From: Chitinophagaceae bacterium
Lineage (GTDB): Bacteria; Bacteroidota; Bacteroidia; Chitinophagales; Chitinophagaceae
Assembly: GCA_035301605.1 (NCBI GenBank)
Contig: DATGTY010000086.1
Span: 1 to 27,521, forward strand
DNA length: 27,521 nt
Reading direction: 5' to 3'
In this document: piece by piece, positions 17,156-26,843 of the stretch
How the letters are laid out: each line of letters starts with the position of its first letter
Position numbering within the stretch: the stretch's first letter is position 1
Translations under genes and position numbers: made by a program
The notes under the pieces: generated by a model
The model's input: only the letters and a program-made list of their open reading frames with translations
Told to the model about the DNA's origin: nothing
Database searches by the model: none

Positions 17156-19609
17156 ATGTATAAATTTATATTCTTTTTGTTCATTTATGTTTGCGTTTCT
17201 TTCAATCTAAGTGCGCAAATTAATATTGGTCAGTATGAGGGTGATTTTAGTAAGAGCAAGAACGAAATTTCTTTCTCTGCAACGAATGCGAAAGTAAAAC
17301 TCAATTTCTGTACTCCTGCAATGTTTAGGGTAAGAGTAAGTTGGGATGGACATTTTAATGAAGCCGAACATTGGATGGTAACCAAGTATCAATGGAATCC
17401 TGTTGATATTCAGACTGTTAATCAAGAGGATGATTTGCAGATTAGAACTACTGACCTAAAAATTGTTATTCATAAGAATCCAATAAGAATTGACGTCTAT
17501 ACGACTGAAGGAAAATTGTTGAGTTCTGAAAGTAATACAGCCATGACTAGAAATGGCGCTGTTAAAAAAGGTAATGTTGTTAAATGTAGCAAATTTTTAC
17601 AGCCTGATGAACATTTTTTTGGTTTTGGAGAACGGATGGATTTTTTAGACAGACGAGGTAAAAAAGTGAGTCTCAATGTAGGAAGGGGGGAATCGGATTC
17701 TGGTCATTTAAAGGGGGCATATAATACGTTGAAAGCAAACTATAGTCCAATCCCTTTTTTTATGAGTACAAAGGGATATGGTCTGTTTTTTCATAATAGC
17801 AATAAGACAACTTGGGATATGGGATCTACTTCTTCCAATAGCTATTCTTTTGCTGCTGTTAATGGAGAATTAGATTATTATTTTATTTATGGACCTAAGT
17901 TTCCTGCAATTTTAGATGAATATACGGAACTTACCGGTAAATCTCCTTTATTACCCAAATTTGCCTTGGGCTTACAATTTGGAACTTATAGCGGAGGTAC
18001 TTGGGGACATGAAAAGCATGCTTCTCCTGCATATGTTCTTGCTTTGGTTAAGGAATTCAGAGAAATGGGGATTCCTTTGGATATACTATTCTTAGATTCT
18101 ACCTGGAGAATATTCGCCGAAGGAGGACATGGTGCTACCACCTTTGAATGGCGTGATGCTTTTACCAATCCCAAGGAAATGTTTGATAGTTTGTATGCCA
18201 TGCATTTGCACATGGTTGGCCTGCATATTCGATCTCGTTTGGATAATGGTCCAAAGTATCATTTACTGAAAGATGCACAGAAGGCAGGAATGACTTATCC
18301 CGAGCAAGGTCATCAGGGGGAGTTTCCCAATTATTTTGATTCTACCGCAGTAGATTGGTGGTGGAACAATGCGGTGATGAAAGTGGCTTCTCAGGGGGCT
18401 ATGTTTTTTAAGACAGATGAAGGTAGCGCTTTTGGTAGAAAGGCGAATGAGAGTGATAAGAGGGGGCCTACAGATTCTTTAGCCTTAACCTTACATAATA
18501 TATTCCCTCTGGCTTACACGGGAGCTGCATTTAATGAATTTCAAAAATATAATGGCATTCGTGGCATGAATCAAACCCGGGAGGGCTATGCAGGAATTCA
18601 GCGTTTCCCTTATATTTTTGCCGGAGATTGGCCTAGCCAATGGCAGTTTTTTGAACCTGTGATTAAGGCCGGTTTAAATATTGGGGTCTCCGGCGTGGGA
18701 TACTGGACACATTGTATGGGAGGATTTGAAGGTAAAGCTGACCCTGAATTATATATCCGTTGGTGTCAATTTGGAATGTTTAGTCCGGTAGCTATGGCTT
18801 TTGGTATGGATCATCCCGGATATAAAGAACCATGGAATTATGGAGAAAAGGCTTTAAAGAACTTTAAAAAATATGATTCATTACGTTATTCTTTAATCCC
18901 TTATATTTATTCTACTGCTTATGAAAATCATGAAACAGGCATGCCAATAATTAGGGCATTGGTACTGCATTATCAAAATGATCATAACGTTTATGATATT
19001 ACGGATCAGTATATGTTTGGAGACAATATGATGGTATGTCCTGTGACGGAAAAAGGAGCACGCAGCAGGGTGATATATCTTCCGGAAGGAAGCTGGGTGA
19101 ACTACTGGACCGGTGAAAAATATGAAGGAAAACAATATATAACAGTATTATGTCCTTTATTACAAATTCCTATTTTTATAAAAGGAGGCGGGATAATCCC
19201 AACTCAAAACGTGATGCAATATATTGGGGAAAAACCTGTAGATGCGATTACCTTAAATATTTATCCTGATGGCAGATCTTCTTTTGACTTATATGATGAT
19301 GACGGACTCAGTCTGAAGTATCAAAAAGGAAATTATGCTATTACAAAAATCACAAGTGAAAAATTAGAACAAGCTATTGACGTTGAGATTGCAAAACCTG
19401 AAGGCAAATATTCTGTTGAGGAAAGAAAATATAAGCTTAAAATACATCTCAATCAATCACCCATTTCGGTGATTGACAATGGAGATCCGATGTCCCAGAG
19501 TGATTTAAATAATAAAAAAGGGTGGTATTTCGACTCCGAAAATAAAATACTTTGGGTATATCCGAAGGAAACCAGTAAGAAAAATATAAATATAAAGGTC
19601 AATTTTTAA
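17156..19609 (+). CDS. Secreted glycoside hydrolase family 31 (alpha-glycosidase, specificity unknown)
   Basis: SPI-type signal peptide (LSA|Q), YSPIPFFMS, ELDYYFIYGP, nucleophile region FKTDEG, acid/base region FAGDW, ELYIRWCQFG, LRYSLIPYIY, IYLPEGSW, YDDDG. Confidence 0.93.
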   Translation: MYKFIFFLFIYVCVSFNLSAQINIGQYEGDFSKSKNEISFSATNAKVKLNFCTPAMFRVRVSWDGHFNEAEHWMVTKYQWNPVDIQTVNQEDDLQIRTTDLKIVIHKNPIRIDVYTTEGKLLSSESNTAMTRNGAVKKGNVVKCSKFLQPDEHFFGFGERMDFLDRRGKKVSLNVGRGESDSGHLKGAYNTLKANYSPIPFFMSTKGYGLFFHNSNKTTWDMGSTSSNSYSFAAVNGELDYYFIYGPKFPAILDEYTELTGKSPLLPKFALGLQFGTYSGGTWGHEKHASPAYVLALVKEFREMGIPLDILFLDSTWRIFAEGGHGATTFEWRDAFTNPKEMFDSLYAMHLHMVGLHIRSRLDNGPKYHLLKDAQKAGMTYPEQGHQGEFPNYFDSTAVDWWWNNAVMKVASQGAMFFKTDEGSAFGRKANESDKRGPTDSLALTLHNIFPLAYTGAAFNEFQKYNGIRGMNQTREGYAGIQRFPYIFAGDWPSQWQFFEPVIKAGLNIGVSGVGYWTHCMGGFEGKADPELYIRWCQFGMFSPVAMAFGMDHPGYKEPWNYGEKALKNFKKYDSLRYSLIPYIYSTAYENHETGMPIIRALVLHYQNDHNVYDITDQYMFGDNMMVCPVTEKGARSRVIYLPEGSWVNYWTGEKYEGKQYITVLCPLLQIPIFIKGGGIIPTQNVMQYIGEKPVDAITLNIYPDGRSSFDLYDDDGLSLKYQKGNYAITKITSEKLEQAIDVEIAKPEGKYSVEERKYKLKIHLNQSPISVIDNGDPMSQSDLNNKKGWYFDSENKILWVYPKETSKKNINIKVNF

Positions 19610-19620
19610 ACTTAAAAATT

Positions 19621-20946
19621 ATGAAAAAAGGAACATTATTACTTTTAGTCGTTTTGTCGGGGACATTTATTATGCAGGTAAATGCCCAATCAAAAGAACA
19701 GACGTCGGCGGTCTTACAAAAGATTGCTGATCGTATTGTAAAAGAGACTCCCTACGAATTTGTAAATACAAAAACGAAGAAAACTTATGACAATCTTGAA
19801 GGGGTTCCTTTTACTTTGAACATGAAAGTAAAAAGCAGATACAATGATTGGCATTATACAAATGGAGTCTTAGATATAGCCTTGATGGAATTGTCAGAGG
19901 CGTTAAATACTGATAAATATGAAAATTATGTTTTGAAAAATATGGATTTTGTATTTAATCCGGATAATCTGAATTATTTTAAAAAGCAATATCAAAAAGT
20001 ACTAAAGCAAAAAGATGGTTTGGATAAAGTCAGCGATCTTTCATGGTATATGATTTTCCGGATGATTCGTCTGGATGATTACGGCGTTATGGCTGCCAGC
20101 TTAGTTGATCTTTATGAGAAACATAAAGACCCTGCATTTAAAAAATATATTGATAAGGCAGCTCATGCACTAACTTATGCGGAACCCCGGCTGGAAGATG
20201 GAACTATTGCCAGATATTTTCCACATGAAATGTCGATATGGGCAGATGATCTTTATATGAGTGTGTCTCTATTATCTCGTATGGGAAAGCTTACAGGGGA
20301 TAATAAATATTTTGAGGATGCTGTTCATCAGGTCTTGAAATTTCATCAATATTTATGGGATCCTGTAAAAAATATATACTATCATGCTTATTTTACGGAT
20401 ACAGAGAAAAATGGTGTAGCTTACTGGGGAAGGTGTAATGGATGGGTAATGATGGCACAGGCTGAACTGTTGTCCGCTTTACCTGAAGATTATCCGCAAC
20501 GGGATACTTTAATTCAGTTATTCCGTGAAGAGGCAAGAGGTATTTCTCGTTATCAAAGTGCGAATGGATTATGGCATCAATTATTGGATAAGCCGGATTC
20601 TTATTTGGAGACCAGTTGCTCTGCTATATTTACTTATTGCATTGCAAAAGGCGTTAATGAAGGTTGGTTGGAACCTTACTTCAGCCGAGTGGCCAAATAT
20701 GGATGGGAAGGTCTTGTGAAAAATAAAATTACAGCAGATGGAGATGTAATTGATATCTGTCCGGGTACAGGTATTGGTTATTCAACTGTATTCTATTATA
20801 ATCGACCTAAAACAAGGAATCGTCCGATGGGAGAAGGCCCGGTTATACGTGCCGGTGCAGAAATCTTAGAGATGACACCTTATAGGTCTGCTCCTGCATA
20901 TACTACTTATCATTTGGTAAAAGATAGAAGTGAAAGTGGAAAATAA
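19621..20946 (+). CDS. GH105 unsaturated rhamnogalacturonyl hydrolase (GH88/105 fold)
   Basis: Signal peptide (VNA|Q), WHYTNG, WADDLYM, YWGRCNGW, GLWHQLLD, YLETSCSAIF. Confidence 0.9.
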   Translation: MKKGTLLLLVVLSGTFIMQVNAQSKEQTSAVLQKIADRIVKETPYEFVNTKTKKTYDNLEGVPFTLNMKVKSRYNDWHYTNGVLDIALMELSEALNTDKYENYVLKNMDFVFNPDNLNYFKKQYQKVLKQKDGLDKVSDLSWYMIFRMIRLDDYGVMAASLVDLYEKHKDPAFKKYIDKAAHALTYAEPRLEDGTIARYFPHEMSIWADDLYMSVSLLSRMGKLTGDNKYFEDAVHQVLKFHQYLWDPVKNIYYHAYFTDTEKNGVAYWGRCNGWVMMAQAELLSALPEDYPQRDTLIQLFREEARGISRYQSANGLWHQLLDKPDSYLETSCSAIFTYCIAKGVNEGWLEPYFSRVAKYGWEGLVKNKITADGDVIDICPGTGIGYSTVFYYNRPKTRNRPMGEGPVIRAGAEILEMTPYRSAPAYTTYHLVKDRSESGK

Positions 20947-20952
20947 ATCAAT

Positions 20953-22284
20953 ATGAAGGAGAAATTTACAGCTGTAGCAATAATGATTGTTGCATTGACT
21001 ATTTCATTTTCAGCTCATTCACAGTCAGCATATAAGTTTGATTTTGGAACAGGGAAAGTCAAACAAGACTACAAACAAGTCACTGCGGTTACACAGTATA
21101 ATGAACAAAGAGGATTTGGATTTGATTATAATACCAAAGTGGTAGCAAGGAACAGAGAGGAGGAAAGCAGTATGCTAAAAAGTGATTTTTGTACCAGTAT
21201 TGGATCTATGTTTTTTTCTGTGAAAGTGCCTGAAGGAACTTATGAAGTTACAGTAACTCTAGGAGATGCCCGACGAGCATCAAAAACTACTATTAAAGCA
21301 GAATCCCGGAGATTAATGGAAAAAGAGGTGGTTACAAAACCTGGAGAGTTTAAGAAGGTCTCTTTTATGGTCAGTATTTGGGATAGTGTAATTAATGAAA
21401 ATAAAGTAGTAATACTTAAATCACGGGAACGGGATAAATTGGATTGGGACAATAAGCTCACATTGGAATTCAGTAATGCAAGACCTTGTGTAGATGCTAT
21501 AACTATTAAAAAAGTGAATAATGCGACAACCATCTATTTAATGGGTAATTCTACAGTGACAGATCAATCTCTGGAGCCATGGTTCTGTTGGGGGCAGATG
21601 ATCCCTTCCTTTTTTAAATCAGGTAAAATTGCCATTTCAAACCATGCAGCTTCCGGATCTACCTTAAGAGCATCTATTGGACGAAAAAGGCTGGCTAAGG
21701 TTTCCAGTATGCTAAAACCGGGAGATTACCTTTTTGTTGAATTTGCGCACAATGATCAAAAGCCGGGCTCAGGAGAAAAAGCATATACAACTTATAATAA
21801 GTATTTAAGAATATATGTTGATTCTGCCAGAGCACATGATGCCATTCCTGTATTTGTGACTTCCACCAATCGTCGTCGATTTAATGAAAATGGTGAATTT
21901 TATGGTACACTTGGCGATTTTCCGGATGCTATGCGTTACGAAGCAAAAAAAGATAATGTTACATTGATAGATTTGAATGCTATGACAAAGACTTTATACG
22001 TGGCATTAGGTTCTGAGAAATCCAGAGATTTATTCGTACAATTTCCTGCCGGTACCTTTCCCGGGCAAAAAGAAGAATTAGCTGATAATACTCATTTCTG
22101 TGATTTTGGAGCCTATGAAATAGCTAAATGTGTAGTAGAAGGAATAAAGAAAAAACTTCCCGATGTGGCTAGATATTTAAAGTCGGATTTAGCGCCCTTT
22201 GATCCTGCCCATCCTGATGATATCAAAGATTGGTATCTGCCTCTCACGCCTATGTTTACAAGTATTAAACCTTATGGAAATTAA
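20953..22284 (+). CDS. CE12 rhamnogalacturonan acetylesterase (N-terminal beta-sandwich plus SGNH domain)
   Basis: Signal peptide (AHS|Q), YKFDFG, GNSTV (catalytic Ser), WGQM, NHAASG, EFAHND, DNTH (DxxH). Confidence 0.9.
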   Translation: MKEKFTAVAIMIVALTISFSAHSQSAYKFDFGTGKVKQDYKQVTAVTQYNEQRGFGFDYNTKVVARNREEESSMLKSDFCTSIGSMFFSVKVPEGTYEVTVTLGDARRASKTTIKAESRRLMEKEVVTKPGEFKKVSFMVSIWDSVINENKVVILKSRERDKLDWDNKLTLEFSNARPCVDAITIKKVNNATTIYLMGNSTVTDQSLEPWFCWGQMIPSFFKSGKIAISNHAASGSTLRASIGRKRLAKVSSMLKPGDYLFVEFAHNDQKPGSGEKAYTTYNKYLRIYVDSARAHDAIPVFVTSTNRRRFNENGEFYGTLGDFPDAMRYEAKKDNVTLIDLNAMTKTLYVALGSEKSRDLFVQFPAGTFPGQKEELADNTHFCDFGAYEIAKCVVEGIKKKLPDVARYLKSDLAPFDPAHPDDIKDWYLPLTPMFTSIKPYGN

Positions 22285-22292
22285 AAAAGTGT

Positions 22293-23741
22293 ATGATGTT
22301 TAAATATAATAAAAATATAATAATTGTTACTGCTTTCTTTCTGGCATTTGGTCTTTCTTCCTTTACATTGCCATCAATATCAGAGCTTTCGAGTCCTTCT
22401 TTAGATTGGATTAAGCAAACAGGTGCAAAGGTTTTCCCGAAAGGCAATACGATATATAATGTAAAGGACTATGGTGCTGTGAATGATGGAAAAACAATGA
22501 ATACCAAAGCTATTCAAAAAACAATTAATATTTGTGCCAAAAATGGCGGAGGAATAGTCAAATTTGATACGGGAGAATATTTGACGGGATCCATTTTCTT
22601 AAAATCCGGAGTTCATTTAGTTATTGATGAAAATGTTACCATTTTGGGGAGTCAGGATATTAAAGATTATCGTGAAATTCAGACCAGAATTGCAGGAATT
22701 GAAATGAAGTGGCCGGCTGCATTGATTAACGTGAAAGGACAGCATAATGTGGCCATTTCAGGAGAAGGAACGATAGATGGACAGGGAAAAACTTTTTGGG
22801 ATGAGTATTGGCGTACAAGGAAAATTTATGAAAAGAAAGGATTACGTTGGATAGTAGATTATGATGTGAAACGACCTCGTACTTTATTGGTTCAAGAGTG
22901 CAAGGATGTAACCATTAAAGATATCACTTTAAAAAGAGCAGGATTTTGGACTGTCCATATTTTGTATTCTAATCATGTTACTGTGAATGGCATAACCATA
23001 AGAAATAATATTGGTGGACATGGGCCAAGTACTGATGGTATTGATATAGACTCTTCTACTTATGTGAGAATTGAAAACTGTGATGTGGATTGTAATGATG
23101 ATAATTATTGCTTAAAAGCAGGACGTGATGCTGATGGTTTAAAGGTAAATAAACCTACTGAATATGTATGGATACATGATTGTATAGCTCGTGCAGGCGC
23201 AGGATTACTGACTATTGGAAGTGAAACATCAGGTAGTATTCATCACGTCTTAGTAGAAGATTCCAAAGCAATAGGGACAAGTAATGGCGTTAGATTTAAA
23301 TCGGCCCTTACAAGAGGTGGAACTGTATCTGATATTCATGTTAGAGATCTGAAAATGGAAGATGTCAACAAGGCTATAGCAGTGAGCATGAATTGGAATC
23401 CGAGTTATAGTTATTCAAAACTCCCAAAGGGTTATAATTACGATTCTATCCCTTTAAGGTGGAAAAAATTATTGGAAAAAGTACCTGAGGATAAAGGGAT
23501 TCCAACAATGAAGGATATTTATATTTCTAACTTAAATATTAAAGGATGTAAAACGGCTATTTATGCTTCCGGAATGAAAAAATCCCTCCTTGAGGATTTT
23601 TACTTAAAGGATATTAATATTCGTGCAGAAGAAGCAGGAAAGATTGCTTATGCTAAGGACTGGACCTTTAAAAATGTGTCCATTAGGGCTAAAGATGGAA
23701 GCAAGGTCAAAGTTTCTCATTCTATTCATGTAAAACTGTAA
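22293..23741 (+). CDS. GH28 glycoside hydrolase (probable rhamnogalacturonan-active galacturonidase)
   Basis: YNVKDYGAVNDG, YLTGSIFLKSGV, STDGIDID, NDDNYCLKAG, IGSETSG, GVRFKS. Confidence 0.92.
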   Translation: MMFKYNKNIIIVTAFFLAFGLSSFTLPSISELSSPSLDWIKQTGAKVFPKGNTIYNVKDYGAVNDGKTMNTKAIQKTINICAKNGGGIVKFDTGEYLTGSIFLKSGVHLVIDENVTILGSQDIKDYREIQTRIAGIEMKWPAALINVKGQHNVAISGEGTIDGQGKTFWDEYWRTRKIYEKKGLRWIVDYDVKRPRTLLVQECKDVTIKDITLKRAGFWTVHILYSNHVTVNGITIRNNIGGHGPSTDGIDIDSSTYVRIENCDVDCNDDNYCLKAGRDADGLKVNKPTEYVWIHDCIARAGAGLLTIGSETSGSIHHVLVEDSKAIGTSNGVRFKSALTRGGTVSDIHVRDLKMEDVNKAIAVSMNWNPSYSYSKLPKGYNYDSIPLRWKKLLEKVPEDKGIPTMKDIYISNLNIKGCKTAIYASGMKKSLLEDFYLKDINIRAEEAGKIAYAKDWTFKNVSIRAKDGSKVKVSHSIHVKL

Positions 23742-23779
23742 ATTAATCAGTGAATTTTTATTGATAAAAGGGAATAACT

Positions 23780-26665
23780 ATGTTTTTAAATAAAAAAAAT
23801 ATACAGCTAACTATATTGAGTCTAGCGTTTTGTATGATGATGGGGATATCGTGCAATAAACAGGAAAAAGTAGATTTGAAATGGCCAGAGACTACGGAAA
23901 CAACGCATCCTTGGGCTCGATGGTGGTGGATGGGAAGCGCAGTAAATAAAGCCGATTTGAAAGCTGTGATGAAAAACTATAAAGCTCATGGATTGGGAGG
24001 GTTGGAAATAACTCCAATTTATGGAGTGAAAGGTACGGAAGACCAATTTATCGAATATTTGTCTCCAGAATGGATGGATATGCTTCAATTTACTTTAAAT
24101 GAAGCCCAAAAATTAAACCTTGGAATAGATATGGATAATACTGCAGGCTGGCCTTTTGGTGGTCCCTGGGTTGCGTCTGATGATGAGAGTAAATCGGTTT
24201 TTTATAAAACCTATGCATTAAAGGGAGGAGAAACATTAAAGCATCCTGTGCAATTTGAGCAAAAGCCCATGGCAAGAGCAGTAAGACATCGTGTCTCCAT
24301 TGATGATATAAAAGAGCCTATTAGTGCAAATGATGATTTACAAGAAATGGCGCTGGGGCAGGTTGTCTTCCCAAAGCAATTGCCGTTGAAAGCTTTAGTC
24401 GCATATTCTGATGACGGTAAAACAGTTAAGTTGATAGATAAGGTAGATTCTACCGGTCATTTAAGCTGGACAGCACCTGAAGGAAACTGGAAACTCTATG
24501 CTGTTTTTGAAGGATGGCATGGCAAAATGGTAGAACGAGCAGCTCCCGGAGGAGAAGGGTTCGTCATTGATCCGTTTTCCAAAAAAGCCCTTCAGGATTA
24601 TTTAAAGCCTTTTAATCAGGCTTTCAAAGGTTATGATATAACTTATTTACGTGCCTTTTTTAATGACTCTTATGAAGTGGATGATGCAAGTGGAGAAGCA
24701 GACTGGACACCAGAGTTTTTTAAGGATTTTGAAGAATTAAGAGGATACGACTTACGAGATTACCTGCCTGCTTTGTTTGGCAAAAGCAATAAAAAAGAAA
24801 ATGAAAGAGTAATTGCCGATTATAGAGAAACAATATCTGATCTGCTATTAGATAATTTTACTCTTAACTGGAAGGAATGGGCAGATAAGAAAGATGCGAT
24901 TATCCGTAATCAGGCGCATGGGTCTCCTGCTAATATTCTTGATTTATATGCGGCAAGTGATATTCCTGAAACAGAAGGTTATGAGCCGGTAAAGATAAAA
25001 TTTGCCAGCTCTGCCGGCCATGTTTCCGGTAAGCCGCTTATTTCCTCAGAATCATGTACCTGGTTGGATGAGCACTTTTTGGGAACGCTTGCAGAAGCAA
25101 AAAAGACCGTTAATCGCTTTTTACTGAATGGGGTTAACCATATTTTTTATCATGGAACAACTTATTCGCCTCCTGATGCCCCTTGGCCGGGTTGGCTTTT
25201 TTATGCTGCAGTTGATTTTAGTCCTTCCAATTCATTTTGGGATGATTTTGCCGCATTGAATACTTATGTAACTAGAATCCAATCTTTTCTGCAAAAAGGA
25301 AAACCTGATAATGATATTCTGGTATATTATCCCATATTTGATTATTGGTCCAAACCCGGTAAACATCTGCTTCAACATTTTGACGGAAGTGGAGGAGGTA
25401 GAGAAAAGTCTGATTTCTTTATACTAGTGGATTCCTTAATGAAGCAGGGTTATACCCTTGATTTTATTTCTGATCGTCAACTCGAACAAACAAAAGTTGA
25501 AAATGGAAAGATTTTAACAAATGGACTTGATTATAAAACCGTTATTTTACCTGAATGTAGCTATATCCCATTGAGTACTTTAAAAAAACTGTCGGGGTTA
25601 GCCAAAAATGGAGCAAAAGTTATAGTGCATAATGATCTTCCTGAAAGTGTACCCGGATTAGCGAATATTGATAAACGACAGAACACTTTTGATAAGACTG
25701 TGAATCAGATAAAATTTACTTCAACTGAGAATGAAGGGTTTAAAAAAGCAGATGTGGGAAAAGGGCTTTTCCTATTGGGAAATAATTTACAATCCATGCT
25801 CTCTACCGTTGGAATACAACAAGAAACAATGGTGGATGACAGCCTTCATTTTGTTCGACGTAGCAGCAGTCAGGGCGAATATTATTTTATTGTAAATAAA
25901 GGAACCTCTTCGGTTACTAAATGGATTCCAATTCAAAAAGGAGGGACTTCTGTTGCTATTTTTAATCCACAAACCGGAATTTTTGGTATGGGTAAGCAAC
26001 GTCATACAGATAATGAGATGGAAGTTTTTTTACAATTAAAACCCGGGGAAGCCTGTTTGTTAAATGTATTCAATAAAGCAGTTTCTGCCTCCAAAAATTA
26101 TCCATACTATCAACCTAAAGGAACTTCACTTGCATTGGATGGTAACTGGAATATAGAATTTATTAAAGGAGGACCAACCCTTCCTAAACAAGTCTCTGTT
26201 TCGAATCTGACTTCCTGGACTCATTTTGATGATCCGGGAGTCAAAGCATTTTCGGGTACGGCTCGTTACACTATTACTTTTCCAAAACCAGAGGGAAATG
26301 CGGATGCATGGACACTCGATTTGGGACAAGTGCATCAGAGTGCGCGTGTAAAATTAAATGATGTTTATCAGGATACCCTGATTTCTACTCCTTATCAGGT
26401 GAATATTCCGGATAGTATCCTGAAACCCGAAAATACTTTGGTTGTAGAAGTCTCTAATTTAATGGCTAATCGCATTGCGGATATGGATAAAAAAGGAATT
26501 CGGTGGAAGAAGTATTATAATGTGAATTTTGCTGCAAAATTGCAGGAAAACAGGGATAATAATGGACTATTTGATGCTTCACAATGGGAACCTCGAAGTT
26601 CCGGTCTTCTAGGACCTGTAAAATTGATTCCTTTGAAAGAAAAAATATTTGAATCTAATCAGTAG
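23780..26665 (+). CDS. GH106 alpha-L-rhamnosidase, predicted lipoprotein
   Basis: Lipobox GISC, PWARWWWMGSAV, GGLEITPIYG, GWPFGGP, FNDSYE, RNQAHG, SESCTW, NHIFYHG, LDLGQV, SGLLGPV. Confidence 0.9.
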   Translation: MFLNKKNIQLTILSLAFCMMMGISCNKQEKVDLKWPETTETTHPWARWWWMGSAVNKADLKAVMKNYKAHGLGGLEITPIYGVKGTEDQFIEYLSPEWMDMLQFTLNEAQKLNLGIDMDNTAGWPFGGPWVASDDESKSVFYKTYALKGGETLKHPVQFEQKPMARAVRHRVSIDDIKEPISANDDLQEMALGQVVFPKQLPLKALVAYSDDGKTVKLIDKVDSTGHLSWTAPEGNWKLYAVFEGWHGKMVERAAPGGEGFVIDPFSKKALQDYLKPFNQAFKGYDITYLRAFFNDSYEVDDASGEADWTPEFFKDFEELRGYDLRDYLPALFGKSNKKENERVIADYRETISDLLLDNFTLNWKEWADKKDAIIRNQAHGSPANILDLYAASDIPETEGYEPVKIKFASSAGHVSGKPLISSESCTWLDEHFLGTLAEAKKTVNRFLLNGVNHIFYHGTTYSPPDAPWPGWLFYAAVDFSPSNSFWDDFAALNTYVTRIQSFLQKGKPDNDILVYYPIFDYWSKPGKHLLQHFDGSGGGREKSDFFILVDSLMKQGYTLDFISDRQLEQTKVENGKILTNGLDYKTVILPECSYIPLSTLKKLSGLAKNGAKVIVHNDLPESVPGLANIDKRQNTFDKTVNQIKFTSTENEGFKKADVGKGLFLLGNNLQSMLSTVGIQQETMVDDSLHFVRRSSSQGEYYFIVNKGTSSVTKWIPIQKGGTSVAIFNPQTGIFGMGKQRHTDNEMEVFLQLKPGEACLLNVFNKAVSASKNYPYYQPKGTSLALDGNWNIEFIKGGPTLPKQVSVSNLTSWTHFDDPGVKAFSGTARYTITFPKPEGNADAWTLDLGQVHQSARVKLNDVYQDTLISTPYQVNIPDSILKPENTLVVEVSNLMANRIADMDKKGIRWKKYYNVNFAAKLQENRDNNGLFDASQWEPRSSGLLGPVKLIPLKEKIFESNQ

Positions 26666-26675
26666 AAAATTGGAA

Positions 26676-26696
26676 GTACAGGATAGTACAGGATAG
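26676..26696 (+). promoter_or_regulatory. Candidate operator, perfect 10-bp tandem repeat (G)TACAGGATAG-TACAGGATAG
   Basis: Read directly; an additional half-site TGCAGGATAA lies at 26784-26793. Confidence 0.55.
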
Positions 26697-26733
26697 TTAT
26701 AAATGGTTTTTATAATACCTTGTAATCGAAAAT

Positions 26734-26769
26734 AGATTCAGAAATGCAATCGATTGCATTTCTGAATCT
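26734..26769. repeat. Perfect 36-bp palindrome with a LacI-operator-like core
   Basis: AGATTCAGAAATGCAATC|GATTGCATTTCTGAATCT; all 18 positions are self-complementary, with no spacer. Confidence 0.9.
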
Positions 26770-26843
26770 TTAGACTGTGTGCGTGCAGGATAAACTTACT
26801 GCTATCTTTAAAAAATCCATTCATAATCTGTGAAAGATCTGTT

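Noticed and set aside
21541-21558. CE12 GNS in place of the usual GDS motif, suggesting inactivation
   Set aside because: The catalytic Ser, the block III Asn (HND) and DxxH are intact, and I recall GNSTV as a common variant in Bacteroidota CE12 enzymes.
310-26335. Short antisense or alternate-frame ORFs in the track (e.g. 310-702, 3877-4122, 4910-5251, 8021-8227, 9179-9373, 11563-11766, 15137-15544, 21240-21533, 23822-24088, 26126-26335)
   Set aside because: All overlap well-supported genes, have no recognisable motifs, and look like shadow ORFs.
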